From assembly GCA_973851085.1 (NCBI GenBank), contig OZ316775.1, positions 17,422,001-17,486,000 on the forward strand: a DNA stretch of 64,000 bases. Direction: 5' to 3'. Positions 13,381-26,646 of this stretch are shown piece after piece (position 1 is the first letter of the stretch; each line of letters begins with the position of its first letter). The position numbers and the translations under genes are program-made. The stretch is from Ptychomitrium polyphyllum (lineage: Eukaryota). Below the pieces are notes generated by a model, which was not told where the DNA came from, did no database searches, and worked only from the letters and a program-made list of their open reading frames with translations.

Positions 13381-14430
13381 TATACACAACATACTAAATG
13401 TTTCAAGAAGGTTTAGTTAAATTTTTAGATGCTTTGAATTAGTTTGCTAGAAGTTATGACATATTTAGCATTTGGGAATTTCAAGGTAGCGTAGATGGAA
13501 CATTTGAAGTAAAATATTTGCTTCATTGGATGTTAGAAATAGAAACTTTTCATGCATCTTGACCTTGATCTATTAGATGCTTAAAAAAACCTTGTATTTT
13601 TTATAGCTACCACTCTGACCATGACAAAAAGAAGAGTTCACAACCGGCTGAATTAAATCATCTATTTTGAAGGACGCTTTTGAGCAATGTAAGGTAAATT
13701 TTGAATAGAACTTTTTAAAGGTACTAGACCATTAAGTCAGCTTCCAAAAAATCTTAAGCACGCTTGAATCAATTAAGAATGAGGTAGTGGTTGCCAGATT
13801 AGTGCAAGGGGGTCACTACTTAGATATAGAAGGTGACGGCTCTTAGATTTTTATATATTTTTAATTTTTACATATTTTGGATGTATTTTGGATGTATTTT
13901 GGATAAATTAGTTCAATCTGATAAATGGTTGATTTTTGATAATAGGTTGATTATAGATGTATATAAGTGGATGAATGACTTCCATGGATAATAATCAAAT
14001 ATACTATTTTTATGGATGAAATAAATAAATAAATGAATAAATTTTTTTTTTCAAAAATATCAAAAAAATCATTAGTTGTACATTGAATACAAAGACAAAC
14101 TGAAAATTTAAAAGAAATACTGTATATTAATTTTCTATGTGGAATTTTAAGTTACTCAATTTAAAAAGGCTTTATTTATCTTATAAACGTTGTACATGTT
14201 GTTTTGGTGGAAATATTGCTTTAAAGACAAGCATTGTTTTGGTTGCACCACTTTTTGAGAAGAATTCCTTCATATTTAGCAATTTTAATGCAATCCTAGC
14301 CGCGTTTGCAAAAGCATTTTGTGACCATAAGAAGTTTTATTTTGCAAATACTAAAATTTGTGCCTTGTGCCAAGAGCCATGTTCTATTTGAACTTATGCA
14401 TTAGAATTTTGACAACTTGTATGCAACATC

Positions 14431-14841
14431 TATTAACAAAATGCAACAAAACTAATATAACAAGTAAGAAGAGAGATCAAGGTTGCAACAAGAAAAGTAT
14501 GGAGCAAGATATCTTTTACTACTAAGACAAAATATTTATGTATAAAGAAGGATGTTAAAGTGGTGGCCAAGTACTAGCCACCACCCTAGAAGCCGTCTTG
14601 ACCATAGCCGCCAACCTAATTCTAGTTGCCAACCTAACCTTAGCCGCCACCCTAATCCTAGCCGCCATCTTAATCCTAGCCACCATATCATATCTTAATT
14701 GCCTTTTTTTTACTCTAAACTCTATATCTTCTATGACGTCTTTTTTAACATTCCTTTGATGATTAGCAATTTATTAAGGTCAAGTTCTATACAAGGAAAA
14801 CATCAACTAGGAACACTTCATATATTTTATTCTTTTCAACA
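14431..14841 (-). repeat. 3' LTR of copia-1, containing 18-bp GGCGGCTA tandem units
   Basis: TGTTG...TTAATA on the minus strand; homologous to 31656-32123 and 26245-26646. Confidence 0.85.
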
Positions 14842-17800
14842 CTCCTATTTTATTATTGGTCAAACCATCTTCAATTCAATTGACCTCATCAATAAGTGGT
14901 GTCTATTCTTCACCAATGCTCTTATGAACAAATCAGCAAGCATGCCCTTTATTGCACAATAACTTATGTCTATCATTCCATCTGTAATTTTTTCTCTTAT
15001 GAAGTGATGTTGGATGTTGATGTGCTTGGTTTGTGAGCGATGCTTGGGATTCTTGGCAAAGGTCAGACATTCTTGATTGTCACACATTATGGGCGTTGGA
15101 TACACTTGTACAAGTCCAATGCCTTCCAAAAGTTGCTTCAATCACATTGCTTCCATTGCACTATGACTTGCTACCATATATTGTGCTTCTATGGTTGACC
15201 TTGCAATTATAGATTGCCTCTTGCAATTCTAAGAGATGGCTCTTATTCCAACAAAGAGTACATAAGTTGTTGTAGAGCGCTTGTCATTGGCATCTTCAAC
15301 CCAATTTACATTACAAAATCCTTGTAATTCAATATTAACACCTTCTAAGCACAATACAAACTCCAAGGTGCCTTAAAAGTACCTCATGATCCTCTTGATG
15401 GTTGTCCAATGAATTTGGCCGATCTTTAATAGGTATTGGCTTACAATACTCATTGCAAACGCAAAATCAAACCTTTTGCCCACCATGGCATTTTTCAAAG
15501 ACCTAAGTCCTGCCTTATATGGAATGCCTTTTATTTTGCCCTCTACTTGACCAATCTCCTCATCACCCAACTCCATCAACATTAGGTTAGTCTCCAAAGG
15601 CGTTTTTATTGGCTTGCAAACTTCCATGTTGAATTGCTTCGACACCTCTTCAATGTACTTCATTTGGTTCATGGTAATGGTTTTTTCTGCACAATTTCTC
15701 CCAAACTCCATTCCAAGGCAATAGTGTAGCTTATTCAAATCACTCATTTGAAATTCCTGCTCTACTTTAGCCTTCAACTACTCTAGCTTCTTTATGAGGT
15801 TGGCCAACATGATCAAGTCATCTACATACAAAATCACAATCAACAAGAATTCCATGGTTTGCATCACATACAAGGAATGATCAGGTTTACTCCTCACTCA
15901 TCTTTCCTTCTTAAAGAATACATTGATGTGTTGGTACCATATCCTTGATGTTTGCGTAAACTTGTACAAAACCTTCTTCAACTTGCAAATAAAGTGCTCC
16001 AAGCCTTTATGCACAAATCTTAGAAGTTTTTCTATATAGATGTCTTCCACCAAGTTTCCATTGAAAAGGGTTGTCTTCACATCAATTTGCTGGATTTCTA
16101 AGTCCATTTCTGCCACTAATACCAAGATAGTTTTAATGGTGGTAAATTTGGCCATATGTGCAAATGTCTCATTGAAGTCCACACCAACAATTTCTGAATA
16201 TCTTTTGGTAATTAGTCTTGCCTTGTGCTTTACAATAGCATCCAAAGCATCCCTCTTAGTCGTAAACACCCACTTGCAACCTATGGAAGAACAATTTGAA
16301 GAAAGGTGAGTCAACTCCCAGGTACCATTATCCATGAATGACTTGTAATATTCTTCCATGGCCTTCTTCCATTTCATGGCATCTGTAGATTTTAAAGCAC
16401 CACATAGTCAAAAGTCAACAAAAAGGACAACAGTGGCATGCTCTGCAATCAGATTGGGAAAGATGTGGTTCTTCCACCATTCATTAGGTGGCCTCTTCTC
16501 CCTTATGGGGTACCTCCAACCACTTTTTGCAAGCTTCTCCTCTTGTAATACATCAATTTCTCCCTCACTTAGAGGTTGTTCTTCCTCATTTGAAAGAATA
16601 TGCTCACCATCATCTTATGAAGCTACTTTATTAGTCTTAAGGGTGGACGTGGCCTTCTTCTCCCCCTCTTTTGGTCCGTCAATTCCATCCACACTTCTAC
16701 CTTCTTTTTTTGCTAAAGTCAAAGATATATCCACAATCACACCATTCTTCCTACTTGAACACACCTCCAAGTACTCACAAGCACTTTTGTGTTCTAAAAA
16801 CTCAACATCACAACTCTTGATGATTTTCTTGCTCTCCACATATATCAACCTATATGCATTACTACCCTCACAATAACCAAAGAATACACACTTTGTATCC
16901 TTTGTATCAAGCTTGGACCTCATGGAATCTAAAACTTTTGCATATGCAAGGCATCCAAAAGTTTTCATGTGTGAAACACAAGGCTTCTTACCACTCCAAG
17001 CTTCTTCAAGGACTATGGATGCAAGGGCATTTGTGGAGCACCTATTTCTTGTGTACACCTCATTCACCACCGCTTCCGCCCACAACTCATGCCCAAGATG
17101 TTGAGCATGAAGCATGCTCTTTGCCATTTCCACAATGGTGCAATTTTTCCTCTCAGCAATTTCATTTTAATGTGGAGTGTATGAAGTGGGGGTTTGCCTT
17201 GCACTGCCTTCATCCCTCAAAAAGTCACCAAAACGCTTGAAGAAGACCTCACCACCATTATCCAAGCGCAACACCTTGATCTTGGAGTTACATTGCTTCA
17301 TCACAAGCGCCTTACACCCCTTGAAACTTACAAAGCACTCACTCTTAGCCTTGAGGATGAACTTCCACAATTTCTACAAAAAATCATCAATGAAAGTCAC
17401 AAAATACCTTGCATCTCCTATAGATGGAGTTCTCATAGGCCCACACACATCTGAATGTACAATCTTCAACAATGTGCTTGCACAAGTTGCCACTCCACAT
17501 AAAAATGAAGCCCTTTGTTGTTTGCCTTAAATGCAACCCTTGAATACAAGTTCCTTGGATTTGTGGCATGTTGTACCAAGATCCAAGCCATTCAATATGT
17601 CTTGGAGCTCCTTCATAGCTTTTACATTTAAGTGCCCAAGGCAGCAATGCCAAATGCCAAACTTATCTTCATATTGAGTGAATTCTCCAAAGGCTACCAC
17701 CTCTATTTCATTCACCTTCTTGCACTTGATGAAGTACAAGTTTCCATTTCTCAAACCTGTGGAAAAAAAATCTTTGCCTAATGACTTCACAATTCATCCA

Positions 17801-19007
17801 TTCATACTGAAATGAATTAAAAATCCTCCCATCACAAGTTTGCTCACCAAGAGAAAGTTGGACTTCATCTTTGGTACATGGAGCGCTTCTTTGAAGGTGA
17901 TTATCTTAATCTTGCCTCCTACAACAACTTCTACCACAATAGACCCCATTCTAATGGCCTTTACTATGCCATTGACAACCATGAGCACATTAGTGGCTAG
18001 AATGGCCTCATAAGTGTGAAACAAGCACTTGTAAGGCATTATGTGCTTTGTAGCGCCCAAATCAACTATCCGCTTGAATAGGGCAATAGTGGGCGGCCCT
18101 TTTCTTGCCATGAAGGCACAATCACAACCTTGTAGGTGGTCCATCACATGGTTGGCGCCTTCTTTCTTTCTTTCTTTTATTAGCCTTATAGCAATTTTGA
18201 GCAAAGTGACCAAGTTTTTTACAAACAAAGCAAGTTATCAGGTTTGAATGTTGGTTAGAATAAGTGAACTTGCCTTGCCTTGAAAAGAGGGCCAAGTCCT
18301 CACTTGAAGATTCTTTCTCCTTTTTTTTGATTTCCTCATGGCCTAATCTTACGGTCACAGTCTATAATGAAATCATTGATGGAAATGGACTCGAGGGCCA
18401 CTATGAAATAACTATAGGACTCTAGCAAGCTCATTAGAAATGTAGTCTCAACATCCCAATCTTCCAATGGCTTCTCCACAATGGTAAGTTTGCTTGTAAA
18501 AGCCTTTAGCTTATTGACATGCGCCACAAGATCCTACTCGTCTTTCATTTTGCAATTTAAAAACATCCTCCTTGTAAAGATGATATTGGAGAGGCTTTTA
18601 CTCCCATAGATGTTGCAAAGACTCTTCCATATAATTGCTGGTCCTTTGCAAGAAATTATAAGGACGAAGTTGGCATCATTAATGTTGTTGGCAAGGATGT
18701 CAAAAGCCTTCTTCTTACAACATTGGAACTCCTTCCTCTCCTTTGCATTTGCTGACAATGGTTGAGCAACCTCACTCTTATTTATAATGTTCCAAAGGTT
18801 TAGAAACCAATGAGAGCTCCATTATAACTTTTCCTTGATAGAAGTTTTTGCCATGAAACTTTTAAATGGCCTTGAAACCTTCACCTTGACTCAAAGCCAT
18901 GTCTAAACAACAACTATACTTCTAGATACACTCTTGCTCAATTCATATATTTCTTTCAAGTCTTTACAATTATAAATGAAGAGGCAAGCTTCTAAATTCA
19001 CTATCTC
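14431..19007 (-). mobile_element. Degenerate Ty1/copia element (copia-1): gag-PR-IN-RT-RH plus 3' LTR; 5' LTR missing
   Basis: gag ATGGCTTTGAGT at ~18900. CFVCKKLGHFAQNC knuckle, IVDLGATKH protease, LRLDNGGE and WAEAV integrase, IGCKWVF/QIDVKTT RT, KHINIQHHFIRE/MLADLF RNase H. The IN-before-RT order is copia-type. PPT AAAATAGGAG precedes LTR start TGTTG at 14841. Confidence 0.93.
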
Positions 19008-19161
19008 TATTAGAGACACAAGAATCAAGAAGTAGAAACAAAGTGTTTTCTCAAGAATTAGCTTCCAAAGAGCTAATGATTAACAAGAATTTGATACAAA
19101 TATTACAACAAGGCAGGATACAAGATGATCTACAACTTATGTTGGCAAGATTAAGGAATAC

Positions 19162-20415
19162 TGTTAATTCTAGATTATACACCAAATCTTTATTTAGCTA
19201 ATTTTTGGTATTTTGAAAAGATGTAGTGTTAGTTAATTATTAATTGTGAAAAAATAGAGGTTTTGGCCTAAATTATGAACCAAGGCTTTAGATTATCAAG
19301 TTGGTTTTAACAAAATCCAATTATATAGATTAGATTCTAAATAATGTTAAATCTTGTTTGAAGTGAGTTCCTTAGGAAAGGTAGAATTAGTTGTAGTTGG
19401 AATATGGTAAAGCAAGAAGATGAAAAACTACTCTACTCTTGTAGCCACAAAAGATGGTGAAGGAAGAAGATGAAGTATTATTCTTATTTCCAAACGTTAT
19501 TTCTACAATAACAAATCAAATTGATTCCTAGTGAAATCCTTCCAAAAATTATTATTTTTTATTAGTTTGTAAGTTGTTTTGCATTAGCTTTGGCTAATTA
19601 AATTACTAGAAATTAAAAATTTTACATTGATTAGTATTCATGGTGATTAATCATCACCTTTTGGCAAATGAATGCCAACCATTGGTTCTCCTTGCAAGTT
19701 GTTAGCAAGTGGCTTGCAAGTTGTTAGCAAGTGGGTATTTAAGGCCTTCTCAAGGCCTTGTTCTCTCTCTCTTACCTTTGGTTTGAGCCCTTGGCAAGGG
19801 CGGCCCATTGAAGCACCAAAGAATAGTCTTTATTTTATTTTTTTAAACTTATGTTGTAAGTTGTTTGTCTTATATTCTTGCTAAACACCTTTGAACTTAC
19901 TTTTCGTGGAATTTTTTTAAAAAATTGACATGTTTATTGGGTAGAAGAAGAAAAATCAGTAAGGTTAGGTATAAGAATCATCAAATTTGGAGTTAAATTG
20001 AGAAAGTTATGAGGATTTGAAGTTTAAGAGATTTTCTACTTTTGCGGTTGCTGCTCTATTGTGCTATGCTATTTTCATCTAATTACTTGTTCCATCCAAT
20101 TTTTTTCATCCAATTCCTTCATTTTTTCTTTCTTTTCCTATCTAATTCTTCACTTTTTCATTGTATTATTTTTTATCACTTGTTTTAATTAAATCAATTA
20201 GTAACCATTGCTTGAAAGGAATTATTTAAAAAGTTAAACTTTTATATGCTTGATTAATCAATCAACCATTAGAAAAATCTCACAATTGATTTTTAATGCT
20301 TCTTGAGCTTGTTGTGAAGTTATTATTCCTCTTGAATTTGTAATGAAGTTATTATTCCTCTTGTAGTGAGATTATTATTCTTCTTCAAAAAGACAAGGAG
20401 GATTTTCAGCTCACA
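19162..20415. mobile_element. Solo LTR inserted into the 3' LTR of element A
   Basis: TG...CA termini and perfect TSD AATAC (19157-19161, 20416-20420). Removal restores GGAGGCAAGACAATGTATTCCTTAATCTTGCC, matching the element-B LTRs. Confidence 0.88.
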
Positions 20416-23400
20416 AATACATTGTCTTGCCTCCTATTTATACTATGACGCTTATATCTCCTATGATACCTCTACCTACAAGGCTTAAGAATATTCTAAA
20501 ATTCTATGGAACCTTTGTAAGAAGTTTCTTAAGATGTTGCAACCTTCCTAAGAAACTTCCAAAGTATTGGAACCTTCTTTGGGAATTCTTCAAGGTAGTA
20601 GAACCTTTCTAGGAAGTTTGATAAAGAGCTAGAACCTTCCTAGGAAGTTTCCTAAGGTGATGTAACCTTCCTACAAAGTTTTCTAAGGTAGTGAAACTTT
20701 TCTAGGAAATTTCCTAAAATGTAAAAACAACTATGGGGGCATTTGAAAGTATTCTAAGATGCTTCTATAATATACTAGACGGTTCTAGAAGGTTCATAAG
20801 GCTATATTGTATGTCCGTGACATCACCTCTTCATTTAGCAACAAATCCTATATGGAGCTTTTCTTATGGCTTGTTCATCATATTTCCACAAATTCCAAAA
20901 TTTATCAAAGAAGTGAAGCAACATATTTTACTTGTTGTTCTTTGTTCACTGGTTCAACTGGTCCTTGCAAAAAACGCTGATGACCACCTACCAAGACTTC
21001 CATTGTAAAAATGTCCGAGCTCAAAATTTGATCTTAATTACGTCCTTCAAAACATTCTGCAAACATGATCTTGGGTCTTCCAGGAGTGACTCTTCCAATT
21101 TCTAACAAGTTGTCTAGAACGCAAGCATCTCAATCAAGAGTGGAATGTACAGAGCAATTAGTCAATACTTCTGCGCGAGGTTGTACTCGACGTTGCAATG
21201 TCGCTCTCATATCTTGGATTAAATCTTCCGTTACTGAAGGCTGAGAAAGTTAAGTTAGCTCAACAAATGTTGTTGTTGATGAAGGCATGGCTGATTGCTC
21301 TTCAAGCATATGCATGATAACACAAAGATTTGACATACTAGCTAGGATCTAGAAATGATCCATTTTGGAAATAATATTGCATACAATTGAAAGTTTGCAT
21401 ATTTCTCTCCACTTCTTATACTTGGCTACAAAAAAAACTTCTTTCTGAAGCTAATGGCTATTGATAATACATCATCAATAACCTGATTTTGATGATATCT
21501 TTGATGACACTTGCATACCTTCTTAGATGACATTGTTACATTCATTAAAGGTTCCCTTATTTGGTCATTGATGCCATATCCTTGCTAATATATAAGGAAC
21601 TCCACACATCTATTCTTAATGCGTGAATCTAAAATCTTTTCAACTTTGTACTCCATTTCATTAGTAATTTCTAGTGAAGGAGACAAAGAAAAACTTCTCT
21701 CTAATATACATGACTAGTTATACATTTCCAACAACAATACATGGAACACTAGATGAATTTGCATGGATTGTAGTAGTTTGAAGCAATAACTAACCGGATT
21801 AATTTGTTTGTTGTTTTCAAATGGTCCTAGCCTTTGTTACTTTATCTTCTTTAATGGTCATTTTATTTGTATATTTTGTCGTGGGAGCCATATGCTATCT
21901 TCAACCTTGAACTTTGGATGGTCTTTCCAATGACAATTTATACAACTTTTGTAATAATCTTGAACTTCTTATAGCTGAAGAGCAAATCTTTAGTGGACTC
22001 TATTAAATTAAGTCGCAAAATCATCTACCTTAGGAAATCCAACATGCTTCAGTTGACATGAATCAACTAGGAAATGATTCCAATATGCCATGTTGTTCAA
22101 AAATCATGACGTACTTGAAGGATCTTCAATCGTATAGGACTTGGAAGTAGGTACAAAAATCCTTTATAATAAAGCAGGCCTTCTTGGAATATACAGTCCT
22201 CATTGTCATTTGAAAGATTTCCGTTGTCTTTGAGGCGTTTTTTTATATTTGAAACAAAAAAATCATTTTTCAAAGCCCTCCAAATGTCGTCAAGATGGAA
22301 TGTTGTCGTAATAATCGCTGCTTTTAGTTGAAGATTTTGTGGCTTCAATAAAATAGTCCTTTATTGATCCAAAACATCATCTTTAGGTTGAAGAGTTAAA
22401 TAAGACCTTTGACATAAGACATCTAGCTCACTTTTTAGGCTACTAGGTCAATAAGCAATGATAAAGTCAAATTTGGAAGGCAACATACTCTACCTTGGTG
22501 GACGGCAATTTAGAACTCGCACACTCATGAAGTACTCCATATTCTTGTAGTTTGTATATATCAAAATGGTATGTTGAGCTCCTTCCAATAAGTGTCGCCA
22601 TTCCTCAAATGCATCCACAATTGCAAGTAACTCTTTATTATGTATATCATAGTTGATCTCTGTAGCTGAGAACTTCCTTGAATAAAAAACAATAGGATGG
22701 AATTTCCCGTCTTCATCATATTGTGACAGTACTAAACGAAGCGCAAAATTTGAGGCATTCGTTTCCAAATAAAAAGACTTTGATGGATTTGAATGAATAA
22801 AGATTAGAGCCAACGTGAATAACTTCTTAAGACCTTGAAATGCTCTCTTTGTTTCTTCATTTCAAGTAAACTTTTGCTTCATCGTGAGTTGCGTCGGTGG
22901 TGTTGCAATCTTGGAATAAGCCTTGATGAATATCCTACAAAAATTTGCAAATCCCAGGAAGCATTGCACACTTTAAATTGATTTTAACGTACTCCTTTTT
23001 CATGACAGTGCTTACTTTCTTCTCATCCATATGGATTCTTCCTTTGGAGATGATGTAGCTTAAAAAATCATCCGAGGATTCATAGAAAAGGCACTTCTTC
23101 AATTTGGCATATAATCCTCACTGGCATAGTTTTTCTAAGACCAATCGTACATGACATTTGTGGTCTTATTCATCCTTTGAATACATCAAAATGTCATCCA
23201 AGTAGATGACTACAAAACCGTCCAAGTGTTCATGGAAGATATCATTTATCATGTGTTGGAAGACTGTAGGGGCATTAGTAAGGCCAAAAGGCATGACATT
23301 GTATTCAAATTGACCATACCCGGATTGAAAAGTTGTCTTCCATTTATTTCTTTTTTTGATGCGTACAAGATTATAGGCTTGTCTAAGATCAATCTTAGTG

Positions 23401-23767
23401 AATATCTTTGCTTGACCAAGTTGCTGTAGGAGTCCTGAGATTAATGGTAATGGATAGCAATTCTTCTAAGTCACTTTGTTGAGGCCTCGATAGTCCACGT
23501 ACATACGTAATGATCCATCCTTCTTCTTTGCAAATAAAATAGGTGCTCCAACATGTGATTTAGAGTGTTGGATGAAGTCCTTTCCGAGGTTTTTATCATT
23601 ATATTCTCTCAAAGCAGTCAACTTGGTTTGTGATAGGTAATGGATAGGTTCAAAAGGTGATTGGGTTCCTTCTTGCAATTCAATGGAACAATCGTAAAGC
23701 CAATGCTTTGGTAATATGTCTGCATTTTTCTTCTAAAAAACGTCTTTATAATCTTAACATTGATGAG

Positions 23768-23823
23768 TATAGAGTCGGACAATGGTATAGAGTCGGACAT
23801 TTTGGTATAGAGTCGGACAATGG
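23768..23823. repeat. 18-20-bp tandem triplication in element A pol
   Basis: TATAGAGTCGGACA repeated three times; single copy in element B. Confidence 0.85.
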
Positions 23824-24454
23824 CGTGGCAAAAATGGCAAAAATTGATTTACAGTTTGCCGCTCTCATAAACACCTTACCTCCAATTAATAATGGTCTAA
23901 AATTTCTTGTATTTTTTATGTCTTTTCTTTGATACCACACTCCGTGAGTGCCAATCGATATCTAGATTATGTAATTCAAACCAAGGAAGGTTCAAGACAA
24001 TAGGATTTATTCGGCATTCAATGATATTGAAGACAATCTTAGATGCTTGGTCTCCTAAACCAACCTCCAAGGGCTGAGGTCCTTCAATAACATTACCAGA
24101 TGCAAGAGAGCATCTATTGATGACTTCAACAGATGCGGGATGTTTTTTGTTCACAAACACCATGTGGCGTTTCGTTGCAAAATCCTTATCTATGAAGCAT
24201 GCCGTTGTACCAGTGTCCAAAAGAGCTTCACTAACTATTTCATCATCTAACAATTTAATGTTGATAGGAAACATAAAGCAAGAGGTAGGAGTTGGAGGTA
24301 GTAAGAGACCTTGATTTGATAGTCGTTTCCTTGTGGTGTGCAGTTGTATGGTCCCTATTGTAACTGGACAGCCTCGTTTTCCAACTCCACCATTGTGCTT
24401 TGAGCCTTAAAGGCAAATCCTTTGATTTGGCAATTGTGCACATTATGTCCAAAC

Positions 24455-25099
24455 TGTCACGGACATAAATCATACAACATAGTCTTTAGAACATTCTATA
24501 ACCTTCTAATATACTATAATAGCTTTTTAGAATACTTTTAGATGTCTCCATAGCCTTTTTATGTTTTAAGGAAGCTTCCTAGAAAAGTTCCTCCAACCTA
24601 AGAAACTTCCTAGGAAGGTTCTATCATCTTAGGTTACTTCCTAGGAAACGTTCTAAAAAGGTTCCATTACCTTAGGAAACTTCCTAGGAAGGTTCTACCT
24701 CTTTAGGAAACTTCCTAAGAAAGTTCCGCTAGCTTAGGAAACTTCCAAGGAAGGTTCCAATTCCTTGGAAGCTTCCAAAGAAGGTACCAGTTCCTTGGAA
24801 GCTTCTTAGGAAGGTTCCAACATCTTAGGAAACTTCTTGGGAAGGTTCCTTAGACTTCCAGAAGATTCTTAAGCCTTGTAGGAAGCTTCTTTAGAAGTAT
24901 CCTAGGAGATACAAACGTCCTAGTAAAAATAAGAGGCGAGACAAGGTATTCCTTAGTCTTGCCAACACAAGTTGAAGATCATCTTGAATCCTGCCTTGTT
25001 TTAGTCTTTGTATCAAAGTTCTTGTTAATCATTAACTCTTTGGAAGCTAATTCTTGGGAAACACTTCGTTTCCGCTTCTTGTTTCTTCTGTCCCTAACA
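24455..25099 (+). mobile_element. Solo LTR of the A/B/D chromovirus family, inserted antisense into the gag zinc knuckle of element A
   Basis: TGTCAC...CTAACA termini, perfect TSD CAAAC (24450-24454, 25100-25104). Removal restores LYCGKFGHNVHNC. Confidence 0.93.
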
Positions 25100-26646
25100 C
25101 AAACTTGCCACAATACAAACGTAGGTTTCCTCTTTGACGCCTTTTTTTTTCTTCAGGAGTCAAACGTCTAAATTGGAAAGCAATAATTTGCATAGATTTT
25201 GGTCCTTGTGGTCGGCTTTCCAATACTTTTGAAGAAGTGGTTGCCATACTTTGATGTACCGGTCGCCATTCCAAGCGTTGTTCTTGGGGCCTTTTAAATA
25301 GTCTATTGTCACATGCTATTGCTTGAGTGATGAATTTGTCCCATGTTTCAACTTTTGGCAATGTGAGTAGCAAGTCTTTCACATTTTAACTCGGGCCCCA
25401 TTGGAATTGTGTAACCAAGGCTTTATTGTTCCAATCAAGGTCGTAAGCTAGTTGTCAAAACTCTGCATCATATATAGCAGCCGAGCGCTGTCTTTGTTGT
25501 AGACTTTGGATCCTAGTTTCAGCCACCCTTTTTTGGTTGGTGTGTTCTAAAGTAGATGTCAACGCTTCCATAAAAGCACTTAAGTTGTTTAATAATGGTG
25601 ACTGCTTCTCTATTAATGGTGCAAACCACAATAGTACATTGTTTGATAGAAGAATGGCTACAAATCTCACTTGAGTAGTGCCATCAGGATAGCAAGATTG
25701 ATGCAAGCTAAAGAAGAGCCTTACTTGTTGAACAAAGTTTTCCAACTTTGATCTTGATCTGTCAATTTTGTCTGGCATGCTAATCTTTGGCTCTACATGG
25801 ATTCAACATAAGCCTTCTCTTCTGATATTGGCCTCTTGCAATCGAACAACCTCTTGATATAGACTTTGAATATTGCTATTAGATTCTTCAGCTTGCCGAG
25901 TGTGCTGCTCTAAATTGTTGAAGGTGTTGAAGCGGGCGAGTTCTGTTCAAACTGTGTTTATTAACTCTTCAAGGTCTGCAATAGTTGCAAACTTCTTTTT
26001 TGATGTTCCAGGCATGTTATCCATTACTACAAATTGTTAGAGACAAAAAAGACTATGAATACCTTCAAAAGAGGGTAATCTGCATTCTTTAGAACATTGC
26101 TCATTTTTCAAAAGAATTAAGACTTGCTTTTTAGAAGAAGAAATCAACTAATGGTGTCACTTTAGAGGAGGGTAATATGCATCAATAAGACACTATGGAA
26201 TCCGAAAGAAGATGGATAATGTCCATAATCTCATTAATAGAACTAGATCCAATGTGTGAAGTTTATAAATTGACCTTAGTTGAAATATTCTTGTATAGGA
26301 TTAGAGTTTGATAGGTTGATAATGGTCAAAGGGATGACGAAAGAATGGCCATTGAATTTTTGGAAGCTAGGATTTAGAATAAGGCAACAAGGGTTTTGTA
26401 TAGGGGTTGAGTTACGGCGACTTTTAGAATAAGGGCGGCGGCTATTGTGGCTTGGGTTGGCCGCTATATGGCATTCTTTTAATGGATGCAGATCCATGGT
26501 CGCCAAGTGGCACACTTTGGTGGATGACTCCCAAATATAAGTAAATGAGTTTTGGAAGTGGGAGTCATCTTGCTCCACACTTCTCTTGTTGCAACTTTGC
26601 TCTCCATTCTTGCTTATTGTACTATCTTTATTGCAGTTCCTCAATA

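Larger units (their letters stand above)
19008..26246 (-). mobile_element. Degenerate chromovirus (Tcn1/Tf1-like Ty3/gypsy), element A, inserted in the copia-1 leader; 5' LTR lost, integrase core deleted
   Basis: gag (MPDKIDRSRSKLENFVQQVRL), ALLDTGTT protease, RT ([19 protein letters not shown]), RNase H (ETNASNFAL, YDIHNKELLAI) and chromodomain (~21500-21670). PPT at 20823-20835. The 3' LTR is split into 20421-20822 and 19008-19161. Confidence 0.92.

Noticed and set aside
16040..17530. Plus-strand ORFs over copia-1
   Set aside because: Antisense shadows of the minus-strand pol.
20310..20822. Chimeric LTR with a different R/U5 region in element A
   Set aside because: The normal R/U5 is present at 19008-19161; the odd sequence is an insert bounded by the AATAC TSD.
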